Origin: Candidatus Omnitrophota bacterium
GTDB taxonomy: Bacteria > Omnitrophota > Gorgyraeia > Zapsychrales > JANLHA01
Assembly: GCA_029560465.1 (NCBI GenBank)
Contig: JAKQKX010000102.1
Span: 4,601 to 68,600 of the forward strand
Direction: 5' to 3'
DNA: 64,000 bases
A program made the position numbers and the translations under genes. Shown piece by piece: positions 38,408-48,202 of this stretch; the stretch's first letter is position 1, and every line of letters starts with the position of its first letter. Under the pieces are notes generated by a model. It was not told the DNA's origin. It did no database searches and was given only the letters and a program-made list of their open reading frames with translations.

Positions 38408-39766
38408 TTATTTTGCCGATTCATCTTTACGCAAATTCTTTTCCAAAAAATGCGTCGACACGTCACCGGACTGAAACAACGGATGATCGAGGATTTCGAT
38501 ATGCAAAGGGATCGTTGTTTTAATGGGGCTGACGTACATCTCTTCCAGGGCGCGGCGCATGATTTTAATCGCCTCCGGCCGCGTCGGGGCATGGGTGATC
38601 AACTTCGCGACCATCGAATCATAAAAAGGGCTGATGACATACCCAGGATAAATATGGGTGTCAACCCTGACCCCTAAGCCCCCCGGGAGATTCAACTCTT
38701 CGATCTTGCCCGGCGAAGGCATAAAATTATTATAGGGGTCTTCCGCGTTAATCCGACATTCAATGGCGGCCCCCTGAATCACAATCTGTTCCTGTTTATA
38801 TTTGAGTTTCTGCCCCGCGGCCACGGCTATTTGTTCCTTGATGAGATCTATGCCGGTGACCATCTCCGTGACCGGATGTTCAACCTGAATGCGGGTGTTC
38901 ATTTCCATGAAATAAAATTCCCCCTGGCCGTCGAGCAGAAACTCAATGGTCCCCACCCCGACATAATTCACCGACTTGGCCGCCTTCACCGCGACATCGC
39001 CCATCTTTTTCCTGATCTTTTCATTCAAAGCCGAGGAGGGGGACTCCTCCAGGAGCTTCTGGTGCCGGCGCTGAATGCTGCAATCCCGTTCCCCCAAATG
39101 CACGATGTTCCCGTGCATATCCGCGAGGATCTGAAACTCGATATGCCGGGGATCGGAGATGTACTTTTCAATATACACAGCCGGGTTCCCGAAATTCGCT
39201 TCCGCCTCTTTCTGGGCCATCGCGAACGACCCCGTCAGCGTCACGTCATTGTGGCAAACCCGCATCCCTTTGCCGCCGCCACCGGCCGCCGCCTTGATGA
39301 TGACCGGATATTTAATCTTCTTGGCCACATCCAGGGCCTCTTCCTGGCTCTGGACAATCCCTTTCCCTCCGGGGATCAGGGGCACGCCAATCTTGCGCAT
39401 GGTTTCCCGCGCCTGGACCTTATCCCCCATCAGCCGGATGGTTTCCGGAGTCGGGCCGATAAACTTAATGTTGCAGGACTCGCAGATTTCCGCGAAATGC
39501 GCGTTCTCCGCCAGAAATCCGTACCCGGGATGAATGGCTTCAACATCGGCGATCTCCGCGGCGGCGATAATCGACGGGATGTTTAGATAACTGTCCGCGC
39601 TTTTGGCCGGCCCGATACACACCGCCTCATCCGCGAAACGGACATGAAGGGAGCGACGGTCCGCCTCAGAATAAACCGCGACCGTCGGGATCGAAAGCTC
39701 CCGGCAGGCCCGGATAACACGCAACGCAATTTCACCGCGGTTTGCAATTAAAATTTTTGAAAACAT
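38408..39766 (-). CDS. accC: Acetyl-CoA carboxylase biotin carboxylase subunit
   Basis: ATP-grasp biotin carboxylase motifs ([20 protein letters not shown]..., GGGGKGMR). Confidence 0.95.
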   Translation of the reverse strand: MFSKILIANRGEIALRVIRACRELSIPTVAVYSEADRRSLHVRFADEAVCIGPAKSADSYLNIPSIIAAAEIADVEAIHPGYGFLAENAHFAEICESCNIKFIGPTPETIRLMGDKVQARETMRKIGVPLIPGGKGIVQSQEEALDVAKKIKYPVIIKAAAGGGGKGMRVCHNDVTLTGSFAMAQKEAEANFGNPAVYIEKYISDPRHIEFQILADMHGNIVHLGERDCSIQRRHQKLLEESPSSALNEKIRKKMGDVAVKAAKSVNYVGVGTIEFLLDGQGEFYFMEMNTRIQVEHPVTEMVTGIDLIKEQIAVAAGQKLKYKQEQIVIQGAAIECRINAEDPYNNFMPSPGKIEELNLPGGLGVRVDTHIYPGYVISPFYDSMVAKLITHAPTRPEAIKIMRRALEEMYVSPIKTTIPLHIEILDHPLFQSGDVSTHFLEKNLRKDESAK

Positions 39767-39787
39767 GAATCACCTTAAGCCTTTGTC

Positions 39788-40240
39788 TTATACGGATTCT
39801 ATCTCGAATAACGTCTGCCCGAATTCAACCGGTTCCGCATTATCCACGGCAATTTTCACGATTTTCCCCCGGACCTCCGATTTAATCTCATTCATCAGCT
39901 TCATCGCCTCAACAATACACACAACCTGCCCGATTTCAACCGTCTGCCCCTGCTCTACGAACGGGGGAGACTCAGGCGCCGGCGCCCGGTAAAAAGTCCC
40001 CACCATGGGTGAAGAGATGAGCTTAAAGTTGTTCTGAGCTTTGGCGGCGGGGGCCGCCCCTTCCGCTGCGGCCGGCGCAACCGGCATCCGGTATTCGACC
40101 GCCGGGCGGATCACGGTTTCCCCTGTATCAACGGCGGCTTTCTTGATCTTCAGCTTCTCCCCTTCCCGCTCCACCTCGATTTCCATCAACTCGTTTTCAT
40201 TCATCAATTCCACGATCGCTTTAATATCTTTAAGATTCAT
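39788..40240 (-). CDS. accB: Biotin carboxyl carrier protein
   Basis: EAMKLMNEI biotinyl-lysine motif; Ala/Pro-rich linker. Confidence 0.9.
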   Translation of the reverse strand: MNLKDIKAIVELMNENELMEIEVEREGEKLKIKKAAVDTGETVIRPAVEYRMPVAPAAAEGAAPAAKAQNNFKLISSPMVGTFYRAPAPESPPFVEQGQTVEIGQVVCIVEAMKLMNEIKSEVRGKIVKIAVDNAEPVEFGQTLFEIESV

Positions 40241-40802
40241 TTTTCACCCTTTCGACATAGACTCCGGTTCGGGTATCAATCTTCACCCAGTCGTCAACAT
40301 TTATAAAAAGGGGGACTTGCACAACAGTCCCCGTCTCAATTTTGGCGGGTTTAGTCCCCGACCTAGATGAATCCCCCTTGATTCCCGGTTCAGTTTCAGT
40401 AATCTTCGCGATAACGAAATTCGGCAGATTGATTTTTACGATTTTATCATTATAACTCAATCCTGCCACAATGAGGCTTTCCAATAAGAATTTTTCTGCC
40501 TCACCGACCTCTTCATCTGTCATGCTGACCTGCTCGTAGGTGGTGTGGTCCATGAAACAAAAATGGTCGCCACTGTGATAAAGGTACTCCAGTTCTTTCT
40601 CTTCCAAAGTAATGTCTTCCAACTTGTCCGCCGTTTTATACGTCCGCTCGATAACGTTGCCGGTTTTCAAATTCCGCATCTTAACGCGGACAAAGGCGCT
40701 CCCTTTTCCAGGCTTGACGTGATGCAATTCATTAACCATACAAATATCATTGTCAACAAGCAATCCCATCCCTATATTGAGCTGATTAATGGTGACCGTC
40801 AT
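40230..40802 (-). CDS. efp: Elongation factor P
   Basis: KPGKGSAFVRVKMRNL region with the modified-Lys loop; 190 aa. Confidence 0.95.
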   Translation of the reverse strand: MTVTINQLNIGMGLLVDNDICMVNELHHVKPGKGSAFVRVKMRNLKTGNVIERTYKTADKLEDITLEEKELEYLYHSGDHFCFMDHTTYEQVSMTDEEVGEAEKFLLESLIVAGLSYNDKIVKINLPNFVIAKITETEPGIKGDSSRSGTKPAKIETGTVVQVPLFINVDDWVKIDTRTGVYVERVKNES

Positions 40803-40859
40803 ATCCCCTCCGATTTCAGATTAAACGCGTGAATGAGTCTGTAATATTAATACACATGC

Positions 40860-41900
40860 TTATTTACTTAAAATTTCGCATCCTGTGTCCGTGACAAGAA
40901 CCATGTCCTCGATCCGCACCCCGAACCGGCCTTGCAGATAAACTCCCGGCTCAACCGTAACCACCATCCCTGGTTTGAGGATATCCTGGCTCACAGCGGA
41001 CAGCTGGGGAGACTCGTGAATTTCAAGCCCCACCCCGTGCCCTAAAGAATGGCAAAAATATTTATCTAAATTTTTATTCTCTAAATATTTACGAGCTTCC
41101 CTGTCAACTACGGCTGCCGGCACTGCCGGACGGATTTTAGCTATCGCGGCCTGCTGGGATTCAGCCACAGCGTCGTAAACCTTTCTCGCAAGAGGAGTTA
41201 TTTTACCTAAAAAGAACATCCGTGTCAAGTCAGACTTGTAGCCATCCTGCTGAATTCCAGTATCAACCAGCAAGACATCATTGCCTAACAGGCGCCGCTC
41301 GGTAACCCGCGCATGAGGATAAGCCGAATGCGGGCCAGAGGCCACGATGGGAGGGAAGGAAAACGACACTTTCTTTAATTTCACAAAACGCTCCATGCGC
41401 GCCAAAATTTCATATTCAGAAATCCCAGGGGCCAAAGTCCGCCCCACCACCCGAAACAGCTGTTTGTTGAGAACCAGACAGGCCCGGATTGCGGCAACCT
41501 CTTCAGCGTCCTTCTGTTCGCGCATCACATCCACCGCCCGATTCTTCGCCACCAGCGAAACCCCCGGATCCATACCCGCGGCCAACTGTTTAAACACAAA
41601 ATGACTGATATGCCTTTCATCAAAACCGACCCGTTTAAGCCGGCGCCGCTGGATCAACCGACAGGCATCTTTCACAAGGGCGCGGCAAAGGACCATCTGA
41701 ACGCCGTGAAGTTTAGCCCCCATTTCGTCATAATAGCGGGCATCCGTCAGGAAATACGCGCGGCGGGACGTCACAAGAAGCCACGAATCCTCGCACAGAA
41801 CCCCGGTGAGATAAGAAACCTGAGCATGATGAGTGACAAGATAAGCATCAATATGATACGAATCCAGGCAGGATTGAAAAGAAGAAACACGCGAGCGCAC
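40860..41900 (-). CDS. pepP: Xaa-Pro aminopeptidase (M24B family)
   Basis: M24 metal-ligand motifs (HSLGHGVGLEIHE); canonical position upstream of efp. Confidence 0.85.
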   Translation of the reverse strand: MRSRVSSFQSCLDSYHIDAYLVTHHAQVSYLTGVLCEDSWLLVTSRRAYFLTDARYYDEMGAKLHGVQMVLCRALVKDACRLIQRRRLKRVGFDERHISHFVFKQLAAGMDPGVSLVAKNRAVDVMREQKDAEEVAAIRACLVLNKQLFRVVGRTLAPGISEYEILARMERFVKLKKVSFSFPPIVASGPHSAYPHARVTERRLLGNDVLLVDTGIQQDGYKSDLTRMFFLGKITPLARKVYDAVAESQQAAIAKIRPAVPAAVVDREARKYLENKNLDKYFCHSLGHGVGLEIHESPQLSAVSQDILKPGMVVTVEPGVYLQGRFGVRIEDMVLVTDTGCEILSK

Positions 41901-41935
41901 GAATCGTTCCTAAAGCATTATAGTGAAGGTTAAAT

Positions 41936-42376
41936 TTATTTTGAGAGCAAAAGGACAATGGCCTCAAGCCCAAGCACGTAACTGTTTACTCCAAACCCGG
42001 AAATCTGACCGTAACTGACCGGGGCGATCACCGATTTATGGCGGAACTCTTCCCGGGCATAAATGTTCGACAAATGGACTTCCACCACCGGAATATCAAC
42101 AGCCGCGACAGCATCGCGGATTGCGACGCTGGTATGGGTATAAGCCGCGGGGTTCATAAGGATGGCCTCGACACCCTGGGTTTTGGCCCGTCCGATCGCG
42201 TCCACAATATCCCCCTCATGATTTGATTGCAAAAAATCAAGCGCGACCCCCAACCCCCGGGCTTTGGCTTCTAACAGCGCGTTGATATCCCCCAACGTTT
42301 CCGCGCCGTAAATATGCGGCTCTCTCTGGCCCAGAAGATTAAGATTCGGGCCGTGCACGACCAAAATTTTTTTCAA
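41936..42376 (-). CDS. aroQ: Type II 3-dehydroquinate dehydratase
   Basis: [17 protein letters not shown]...; 146 aa. Confidence 0.9.
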   Translation of the reverse strand: MKKILVVHGPNLNLLGQREPHIYGAETLGDINALLEAKARGLGVALDFLQSNHEGDIVDAIGRAKTQGVEAILMNPAAYTHTSVAIRDAVAAVDIPVVEVHLSNIYAREEFRHKSVIAPVSYGQISGFGVNSYVLGLEAIVLLLSK

Positions 42377-42417
42377 GACACCCTCCTGTCCTTCATGGTC
42401 AGCCCCCGCGGACGACC

Positions 42418-42594
42418 TTATTGTTCAGACTCCTCTTCCAGCATGACCGGAATCCCTTCCCGGATAGGATACTTTCGCCCGCACTGCACGCAGACCAACT
42501 TCTCGGCTTTCAGACAGACATCCGCTTTGCAGACCGGGCACGCTAAAATAGCCAGTAAATCTTTGTCAACCAGGATATGGTCAGATCCTCCCAC
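42418..42594 (-). CDS. Trm112/YcaR-like small zinc-ribbon protein
   Basis: [14 protein letters not shown]...[18 protein letters not shown]; start proposed at a GTG 1 nt after the upstream stop (the ATG-initiated ORF to 42630 would overlap the DUF1844 gene by 35 nt). Confidence 0.55.
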   Translation of the reverse strand: MGGSDHILVDKDLLAILACPVCKADVCLKAEKLVCVQCGRKYPIREGIPVMLEEESEQ

Positions 42595-42595
42595 G

Positions 42596-43027
42596 TTAAA
42601 CCGCACCTTTCTCCCGCCGAACGCATTCAACGTATTTCATTTCCAGTTCATAAATACTCGAATCCAGGAGGTGATGTTCCTGCGAGCTAAGGTTCCCTCT
42701 TGTTTTTTCCCGCAGGAGGATCAGGGTGTCAATGAGGAATTTCGCCTGCACAGGGTTCGGGTCGTACTGATTATCATTCATAGGGTTTGGAACTTCTCCC
42801 AAAAAAATCATCGCCTGGAAAATAAGGCTGGTGATATAGTTGATAAAATTCAGTTCAACGTCACCTTCGTCCACCGGCGCGTCCTTTTCCTGCTCCGGCT
42901 CCTGGGACAAGGCAGACCCCTCCTCAGGGCTTTGCTGGGGAGCGGGCTGGCTTCCCTTCACGGTTTCTTTTTCCTGAGTCACGCTCGCTTTCCAGTCTTC
43001 ATCAACATATTTTTCTTTATCCGGCAT
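42596..43027 (-). CDS. DUF1844-family protein
   Basis: Acidic N-terminus then the FINYITSLIFQAMIFLGEVPNP core typical of DUF1844. Confidence 0.6.
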   Translation of the reverse strand: MPDKEKYVDEDWKASVTQEKETVKGSQPAPQQSPEEGSALSQEPEQEKDAPVDEGDVELNFINYITSLIFQAMIFLGEVPNPMNDNQYDPNPVQAKFLIDTLILLREKTRGNLSSQEHHLLDSSIYELEMKYVECVRREKGAV

Positions 43028-43186
43028 CAGACAGGCCTCCCCTTAAAAAGTGTTAAATAACATTTATAAATTTAAAATAGCAAACCCCTCCCCGCTTGTC
43101 AACTTATGCCTCAGCCGCCCACGCTCCCGGGATAACGCGCAAGGCCCCCTTAAGGGTGTTCTCCCAAACCCCGCCGGAAAAGCAGT

Positions 43187-43966
43187 TCAGTCCATCACAA
43201 ACGATATGGAGACATTAAAAGACAGCTCCGGGTATTTCAGCTCAAAAGGAAAAGGCGGGAAAGGGCTGGATTCCTTAATGCTGCGCAAACTCACCCGGCG
43301 GAGGAATTCACTGGCGCGCGTCTTCTGGTCAATGATCCTGATGTCTTTCAGTTGGCCGTCCGCCCCCAAGATAAAAGTCAGGTAAACTTCGCCGGTTTGA
43401 AAACGGGGGTCGTCTTTAAAAATATTGGCCTGGCTCTTAATCTTGTTCCGGATATGCTGCTGATAATTCATATAATTAGGATTGCTAATTTTCTCAGAGC
43501 TTAAAATAGGCACGAGGATCTGACGTTTGCTGCCCAGATCGGAAATGTGGGCGGGGAATTTCTTTTGTTTTGAAAGCTGCACCGGGGCCTTGATATTCTC
43601 AGGAGTTTTCATGGGGACGCTGGCCAGATCCTGAGTGGGCAAAATCTTGGGGTTGGGGACAAACGGGTCCTCTTTCAGAGGTTTGATTTCCTGTCGGGTT
43701 TCTTGAGACGGGACCAACTCTCTGATATCTTGCTGATAGACAATTTCCATGATCTTAGGCGTGTTTTTTACATAATACATGTGGCCATAAAACACACTGA
43801 TAAACACAAGGCTGTGCAACAGCGCAGACGTCATCATGGAGAATCGGAATATTCTGTTTTCCGGAATCATGGGCATTGCAGAAAAAAGGGTATCCGGCCA
43901 AAGCGGAAACGTTTTTCTCATGAAAAAACGTCCCCGCCCATTTTTTATAACAATCCAATTTATCAT
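43187..43966 (-). CDS. TonB-family protein (N-terminal TM anchor, Pro-rich spacer, TonB_C domain)
   Basis: C-terminal GEVYLTFILGADGQLKDIRIIDQ...FPPFP resembles TonB_C; start uncertain (several in-frame Met). Confidence 0.55.
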   Translation of the reverse strand: MINWIVIKNGRGRFFMRKTFPLWPDTLFSAMPMIPENRIFRFSMMTSALLHSLVFISVFYGHMYYVKNTPKIMEIVYQQDIRELVPSQETRQEIKPLKEDPFVPNPKILPTQDLASVPMKTPENIKAPVQLSKQKKFPAHISDLGSKRQILVPILSSEKISNPNYMNYQQHIRNKIKSQANIFKDDPRFQTGEVYLTFILGADGQLKDIRIIDQKTRASEFLRRVSLRSIKESSPFPPFPFELKYPELSFNVSISFVMD

Positions 43967-44028
43967 ACGTCATCCCCGGGGGTTCGGCAACGACTTTATG
44001 CGAAAAACCCGCCCCCCAAAAAGCTCAC

Positions 44029-44706
44029 TTAACGGCGCGAACGCAGTCCTTCCCTGATTAAATAGGCGAAAAACCGCCATGTGTCTTTCAGCGGGTTAAT
44101 CTTACTCTTCTCGTCGCTGTAGATCGTCTTGATCGGCACAGAATGAATCCTGTACCCCAATCTAGCGGCCTGGATCAGGACTTCGGTTTCAATCTCAAAA
44201 TCCCTGGACGTCAGGTGCATCCGCTCAAGAACCGGCCGGCCAATATAGCGGTAGCCGCACTGCGTGTCCGGGACCCGCTGGCGGCAAAGCCATGAAATAA
44301 TAACGGACATGGACCAGTTGGTCCAGAAGCGGACCAGGGGCATGCCCTCGTGCCCCTTCATGCGATTCCCTGTCACCACCGAATCCGGATAAGATTCAAC
44401 CATATTCAAAAACTGCTTTAAATCCGCCGGGTCATGCTGGCCATCCCCGTCCATGGTGATGACACCCGAATACGTCTGGCGCAAGGCATGCGCGAACCCT
44501 TCCTGCAAAGACAGCCCTTTCCCTTTCTTGGACGTGTTCGTCAACACAACCGCGCCCCGGGAAGACGCCTCTTTCTGCGAGCCATCCGTTGAGCCGTCAT
44601 TAACGACCACCACATCCAACCCTAAGGCTTTAACAGCCGTCACCAGCCGCCCGATCGTGGCCTCTTCATTATGAACCGGGATAATGACACAAACATTCAC
44701 TGTCAC
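44029..44706 (-). CDS. Family 2 glycosyltransferase (Dpm1/GtrB-like)
   Basis: GT-A fold motifs (VIIPVHNEE, VVNDGSTDGS, DGDGQHDP). Confidence 0.8.
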   Translation of the reverse strand: MTVNVCVIIPVHNEEATIGRLVTAVKALGLDVVVVNDGSTDGSQKEASSRGAVVLTNTSKKGKGLSLQEGFAHALRQTYSGVITMDGDGQHDPADLKQFLNMVESYPDSVVTGNRMKGHEGMPLVRFWTNWSMSVIISWLCRQRVPDTQCGYRYIGRPVLERMHLTSRDFEIETEVLIQAARLGYRIHSVPIKTIYSDEKSKINPLKDTWRFFAYLIREGLRSRR

Positions 44707-45611
44707 GAAGCCCCCGTGTTGATTTCCTGAATCACCTTATATGTTTCTTCGACGCTGTAGTCCCGAAACATCAACCATTGGTCCGGATACGCACGGATCA
44801 TCTGTTCTATGACCCGGAGATATTTTTTGATAAGGCTTTTCAGGACATTTTCATGGATCCGCCCATTCCCGCTCACGGCTCCCGGGTCAATAGGTTTATG
44901 CGCGATGATCCGGAACCGGCCTTCCCCGGCCCGGACCAGGAAGACCGGAACGATAGGCGCCCCGGTTTTCGCTGAAAAAATCGCCGGACCTTTTGGGAAC
45001 AGGGATTTCTTGCCGAGAAAGTCCAAAATAATTCCGTTAGGGCCAAACGAACGGTCAGCGACCACGGCGATAATTTTGTTCCTGTTCAGGATCGACAGAC
45101 ACCGGCGCGTGGCCGACTGGGGTGGCACGATAACCAGTCCCCGCGCTTCCCGTTGCTTATTAAAAAGGTCATTCACCGGCCGTTCCTTATGAGGAAGGGC
45201 GATGGCCACCGAGGGGTAACCCAACAGGCTGAGCAGCACCCCCCCCAGCTCCCAATTCCCGATATGGCCGGACAACAGGATCGCCCCCTTTCCCTTCTCA
45301 AGGGCTTCGTCGATATAATGCAGATTCTCCGTGACAACCCGTTCTTTAATAAACTGCTCATCTATCTCGTTGGCCATCCGGAAAAATTCCACAAGGTATC
45401 TCCCAAAATTACGGAAGACTTCCCGCACATTCCATTCCACGTCGCTCTTTTCAGGCAAAATGATACGGAGATTCTCGCGCACCGCCCGGCGGTCCCGGAA
45501 AGAGAAAAAATAATGCAGGTCCGACACGAAAATGGCGAACCGATAAGACATTTTAAGCGGGAGGCGGTTAACGAGGAACTGCCCAAATTTGTAAATTATA
45601 AATTTAAACAT
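44703..45611 (-). CDS. LpxL/HtrB-family lysophospholipid or lipid A acyltransferase
   Basis: Lip_A_acyltrans-type HxxxxE/acyltransferase region (LSGHIGNWEL); 302 aa. Confidence 0.8.
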   Translation of the reverse strand: MFKFIIYKFGQFLVNRLPLKMSYRFAIFVSDLHYFFSFRDRRAVRENLRIILPEKSDVEWNVREVFRNFGRYLVEFFRMANEIDEQFIKERVVTENLHYIDEALEKGKGAILLSGHIGNWELGGVLLSLLGYPSVAIALPHKERPVNDLFNKQREARGLVIVPPQSATRRCLSILNRNKIIAVVADRSFGPNGIILDFLGKKSLFPKGPAIFSAKTGAPIVPVFLVRAGEGRFRIIAHKPIDPGAVSGNGRIHENVLKSLIKKYLRVIEQMIRAYPDQWLMFRDYSVEETYKVIQEINTGAS

Positions 45612-45669
45612 AAGCCTTAATGCTAGATAAACTCAAACCTGCGGCCGCGCCCCCCTTTTTTTAACCTTC

Positions 45670-46842
45670 TCACAGGATACTGGGCTTGTCCACATCTAAA
45701 ATAAGCTTAGCGATATCCAGCGCGGCATGCGGCTTCCCGCTCGCGTACGCAGCCTTGCTCATAGCCATCAATCGGTCCGGAGACTTCAGCAACAGCTCCA
45801 CCTCTTCGCCAATATCACTGGTTTTGTCGATCCGGATCCCTATCCCTTTTTTAAGGAGGAAATCCGTGTTCCTCATCTCCTGGCCCGGAAGCGGGTTGAC
45901 AATCACCATCGGCAGCCCTTTCGACAGAGCCTCGCTGGTCGTCATGCCCCCGGGTTTACTGATGATAAGGGTCGCCAGTTCCATCAATTCATCCACATTA
46001 TTCGCGAACTCATAGAACAGCAGCTTCTTGTCCCGTTTATCCGGCTGGCGGGTCAAGGCTTCCGATTCTTTTTTCAGCCATCTGACCAGCTTCTTGTTCA
46101 CCCCGGTCAAAACGATGAGCTGTATCGGCATCCGGACGTGCATCAAAGACCTTACCACAGATTTAATAGGCCCCAGTCCCTGCCCGCCGCCCATAATAAG
46201 CGCGACCGGGGTTCTCAAATCAACGCCAAGCCGCTCGGCAATAGGCCTCCTGTCGAGTTGAACGGCGAATTTGGGGCGGATCGGGATCCCATAAACCTTG
46301 ATCATGTCTTCCGGGACACCTTTTTTAATAAAACGTTCTTTGGCGTCCAGAGAAGGAACAATATAATAATCCACCCCGTTGTTCAGCCAGAAAGAATGCG
46401 GCGCGTAATCGGTCAGGACGGCGATCAGCCGGAAATTGAGCTTCTTCTCCTGTTTATAATCAGCCACCATCCCGCAAGGGAACGCCTGCGTGCACACCAC
46501 CGTGTCGGGATGGTGTTTTTCAAAAAGCCGCTCAATCTTTTTATGGCTGGTCCGATGCAGATATTTCTTAACCGGCGCGGATTTCTTAACGATGCTGGGA
46601 TTATCATACAAATAATCCCAGACCTTCGGAGTCCGCTTGATCACGCTCATATACGTACGGTGCACGACTTTATCTAATAAAGGATACGTGTATCCGAAGC
46701 CGTTCACCAGAGGGGCAATGACTGCGGGGTTCAAGTCTTTAAGCGCTTTTTGAATGGAAAGAGTGGCTTGACGGTGACCGGAAACCCGGGTGATATACAT
46801 CAACAGAACACGGCGTTTTTTATTATCCATGAGTCCCTTCAT
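45670..46842 (-). CDS. GT28-family diacylglycerol glycosyltransferase (MGDG synthase/UgtP-like)
   Basis: MGDG_synth-like N-terminal plus Glyco_tran_28 C-terminal motifs (ISKPGGMTTSEAL); start set at MKGLMDNKK (ORF extends to 46863). Confidence 0.75.
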   Translation of the reverse strand: MKGLMDNKKRRVLLMYITRVSGHRQATLSIQKALKDLNPAVIAPLVNGFGYTYPLLDKVVHRTYMSVIKRTPKVWDYLYDNPSIVKKSAPVKKYLHRTSHKKIERLFEKHHPDTVVCTQAFPCGMVADYKQEKKLNFRLIAVLTDYAPHSFWLNNGVDYYIVPSLDAKERFIKKGVPEDMIKVYGIPIRPKFAVQLDRRPIAERLGVDLRTPVALIMGGGQGLGPIKSVVRSLMHVRMPIQLIVLTGVNKKLVRWLKKESEALTRQPDKRDKKLLFYEFANNVDELMELATLIISKPGGMTTSEALSKGLPMVIVNPLPGQEMRNTDFLLKKGIGIRIDKTSDIGEEVELLLKSPDRLMAMSKAAYASGKPHAALDIAKLILDVDKPSIL

Positions 46843-46852
46843 TCTCCCGCAA

Positions 46853-47089
46853 TTATTCAACAAGCTCTATCTGCGCCAGGGGCGCGCCAACAAGGACGCT
46901 CTCTCCGACCCGGGCGTAAACGTTCTTAACAACGCCCGCGCAGTCCGCCGGGATGATGAATGTCGCTTTGTCGGTTACCATTTCCACCAAGTCCGTATGC
47001 GGGCCGACCGCGTCCCCCACCTTGACATGCCAGAAAGCGACCTCCGCGCGGTCAATGCCTTCCCCGAGTTGTGGCAACACAATTTTCAT
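46853..47089 (-). CDS. Free-standing biotin/lipoyl attachment domain protein (E2-type lipoyl domain, 78 aa)
   Basis: MVTDKATF lipoyl-lysine context within a single hybrid-barrel domain; no catalytic domain attached. Confidence 0.65.
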   Translation of the reverse strand: MKIVLPQLGEGIDRAEVAFWHVKVGDAVGPHTDLVEMVTDKATFIIPADCAGVVKNVYARVGESVLVGAPLAQIELVE

Positions 47090-47125
47090 AAACCAATATC
47101 CTATAACGGGTCCTTCTTAAAAGAC

Positions 47126-47791
47126 CTAAGAAATCCGGTGCCCCCCTGCAGCAAAAATACGGAGGCAATGCCGCTGGCAAAGCCGTTTCACGTCCAGCAT
47201 GTCTACGGCGGCTCCTTGCACCTGTTGAACCGATGTCATGAGCACATCCAATCCACAGGGTTTAATTAAATTAAAAAGCGGGAGAGCGGTATTGATATTA
47301 ATGGCTAGGCCGTGAAAAGTCACCCACTGTTTCACCCCAACACCAATCGACACAATTTTTTTTGACTCAACCCAAACTCCGGTTCTGCCAGGGAGTCTAC
47401 AAGTCAATATATCAAAATCCTTCAATAAATCAATGGCAACTTGTTCTAATTTATCCAAATACCACCTTAAATCACGGCGATAATTCTTCAAATTCAGGAT
47501 AGGATACACCACAAGCTGACCCGGAGCGTGCAGCGTGACGTCCCCTCCGCGGTCAATCGCGACAACAGGAATCCCCCGTTGTTTCAGAGCATCGGCAGAG
47601 ATCAAGATATGGCGGCTCTCCGCCAGGCGCCCCAGAGTGATCACCGGCGGGTGTTCGCAGAGGAACAAGTATGGGCCATGCCCAGACAGGACACCCTGAA
47701 CAGCGGCTTTCTGGCGGGCATACGCTTCGTTATAATCAATGACATCCCAGTCTTCAACGGTCCATTGATTGTCCCTGTTCTTTTCCGTCAT
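47126..47791 (-). CDS. lipB: Lipoyl(octanoyl) transferase
   Basis: HPPVITLGR, DRGGDVTLHAPGQLVVYP, catalytic Cys in KPCGL; start set at MTEKNRD (ORF open to 47830). Confidence 0.85.
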   Translation of the reverse strand: MTEKNRDNQWTVEDWDVIDYNEAYARQKAAVQGVLSGHGPYLFLCEHPPVITLGRLAESRHILISADALKQRGIPVVAIDRGGDVTLHAPGQLVVYPILNLKNYRRDLRWYLDKLEQVAIDLLKDFDILTCRLPGRTGVWVESKKIVSIGVGVKQWVTFHGLAININTALPLFNLIKPCGLDVLMTSVQQVQGAAVDMLDVKRLCQRHCLRIFAAGGHRIS

Positions 47792-47843
47792 GATTCCGCA
47801 CAAGCCCCCTTCCCTCCGGGAAGCGCCCATTTAAAATCTATCT

Positions 47844-48123
47844 GACTTATGTTCGCTGCCGCTCCATAAGTCACGTGCCTCTTTCTTAATACCCCTCCAG
47901 ATCTCGGGGTTAATTCGCACTTCTGGCTTATGTTCGCTGCCGCTCCATAAGTCAAGTGCCTCTTTCTTAATACCCCTCCAGATCTCGGGGTTAATTCGCA
48001 CTTCTGACTTATGTTCGCTGCCACTCCACAAGTCAAGTGCCTCTTTCTTAATACCCCTCCATATCTCGGGGTTAATTCGCACTTCTGGCTTATGTTCGCT
48101 GCCGCTCCATAAGTCAAGTGCTC
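47844..48123. repeat. Tandem array of an 81-bp unit, 3 full copies plus a 37-bp partial copy, near identical
   Basis: Unit starts at 47844, 47925, 48006 and 48087, differing by only 1-4 point substitutions; lies between the icd-like terminator and the lipB start. Confidence 0.9.
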
Positions 48124-48125
48124 AT

Positions 48126-48166
48126 TAAAAAACAACCCCGAGCCAAAAAAATTTCTGGCCGGGGTT
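48126..48166 (-). terminator. Rho-independent terminator downstream of the IDH-family gene
   Basis: Stem AACCCCGAGCC/GGCCGGGGTT followed on the minus strand by GTTTTTTAA. Confidence 0.7.
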
Positions 48167-48202
48167 TAAAATTCCGCGAAAGCGCATCGTCAACATCACG
48201 CT

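Noticed and set aside
45635-45665. GCGGCCGC palindrome followed by T7 run between lpxL-family and GT28 genes
   Set aside because: Stem is only 8 bp and self-complementary, and the T-run is on the plus strand where no gene is transcribed. Not convincing as a terminator.
45727-46677. 316-aa plus-strand ORF opposite the GT28 glycosyltransferase
   Set aside because: His/Arg-rich low-complexity translation; the minus-strand GT28 reading frame carries conserved glycosyltransferase motifs.
47844-48123. Possibility that the tandem repeats are a CRISPR array
   Set aside because: Repeats are 81 bp and directly abut each other with no interspersed unique spacers; no cas genes nearby.
47788-48135. 115-aa and 83-aa minus-strand ORFs running through the 81-bp tandem repeats
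   Set aside because: Open frames are an automatic consequence of an 81-bp (3n) unit without stops. No RBS; one ORF overlaps the lipB start. Kept as a repeat feature and flagged as a finding rather than called as CDS.
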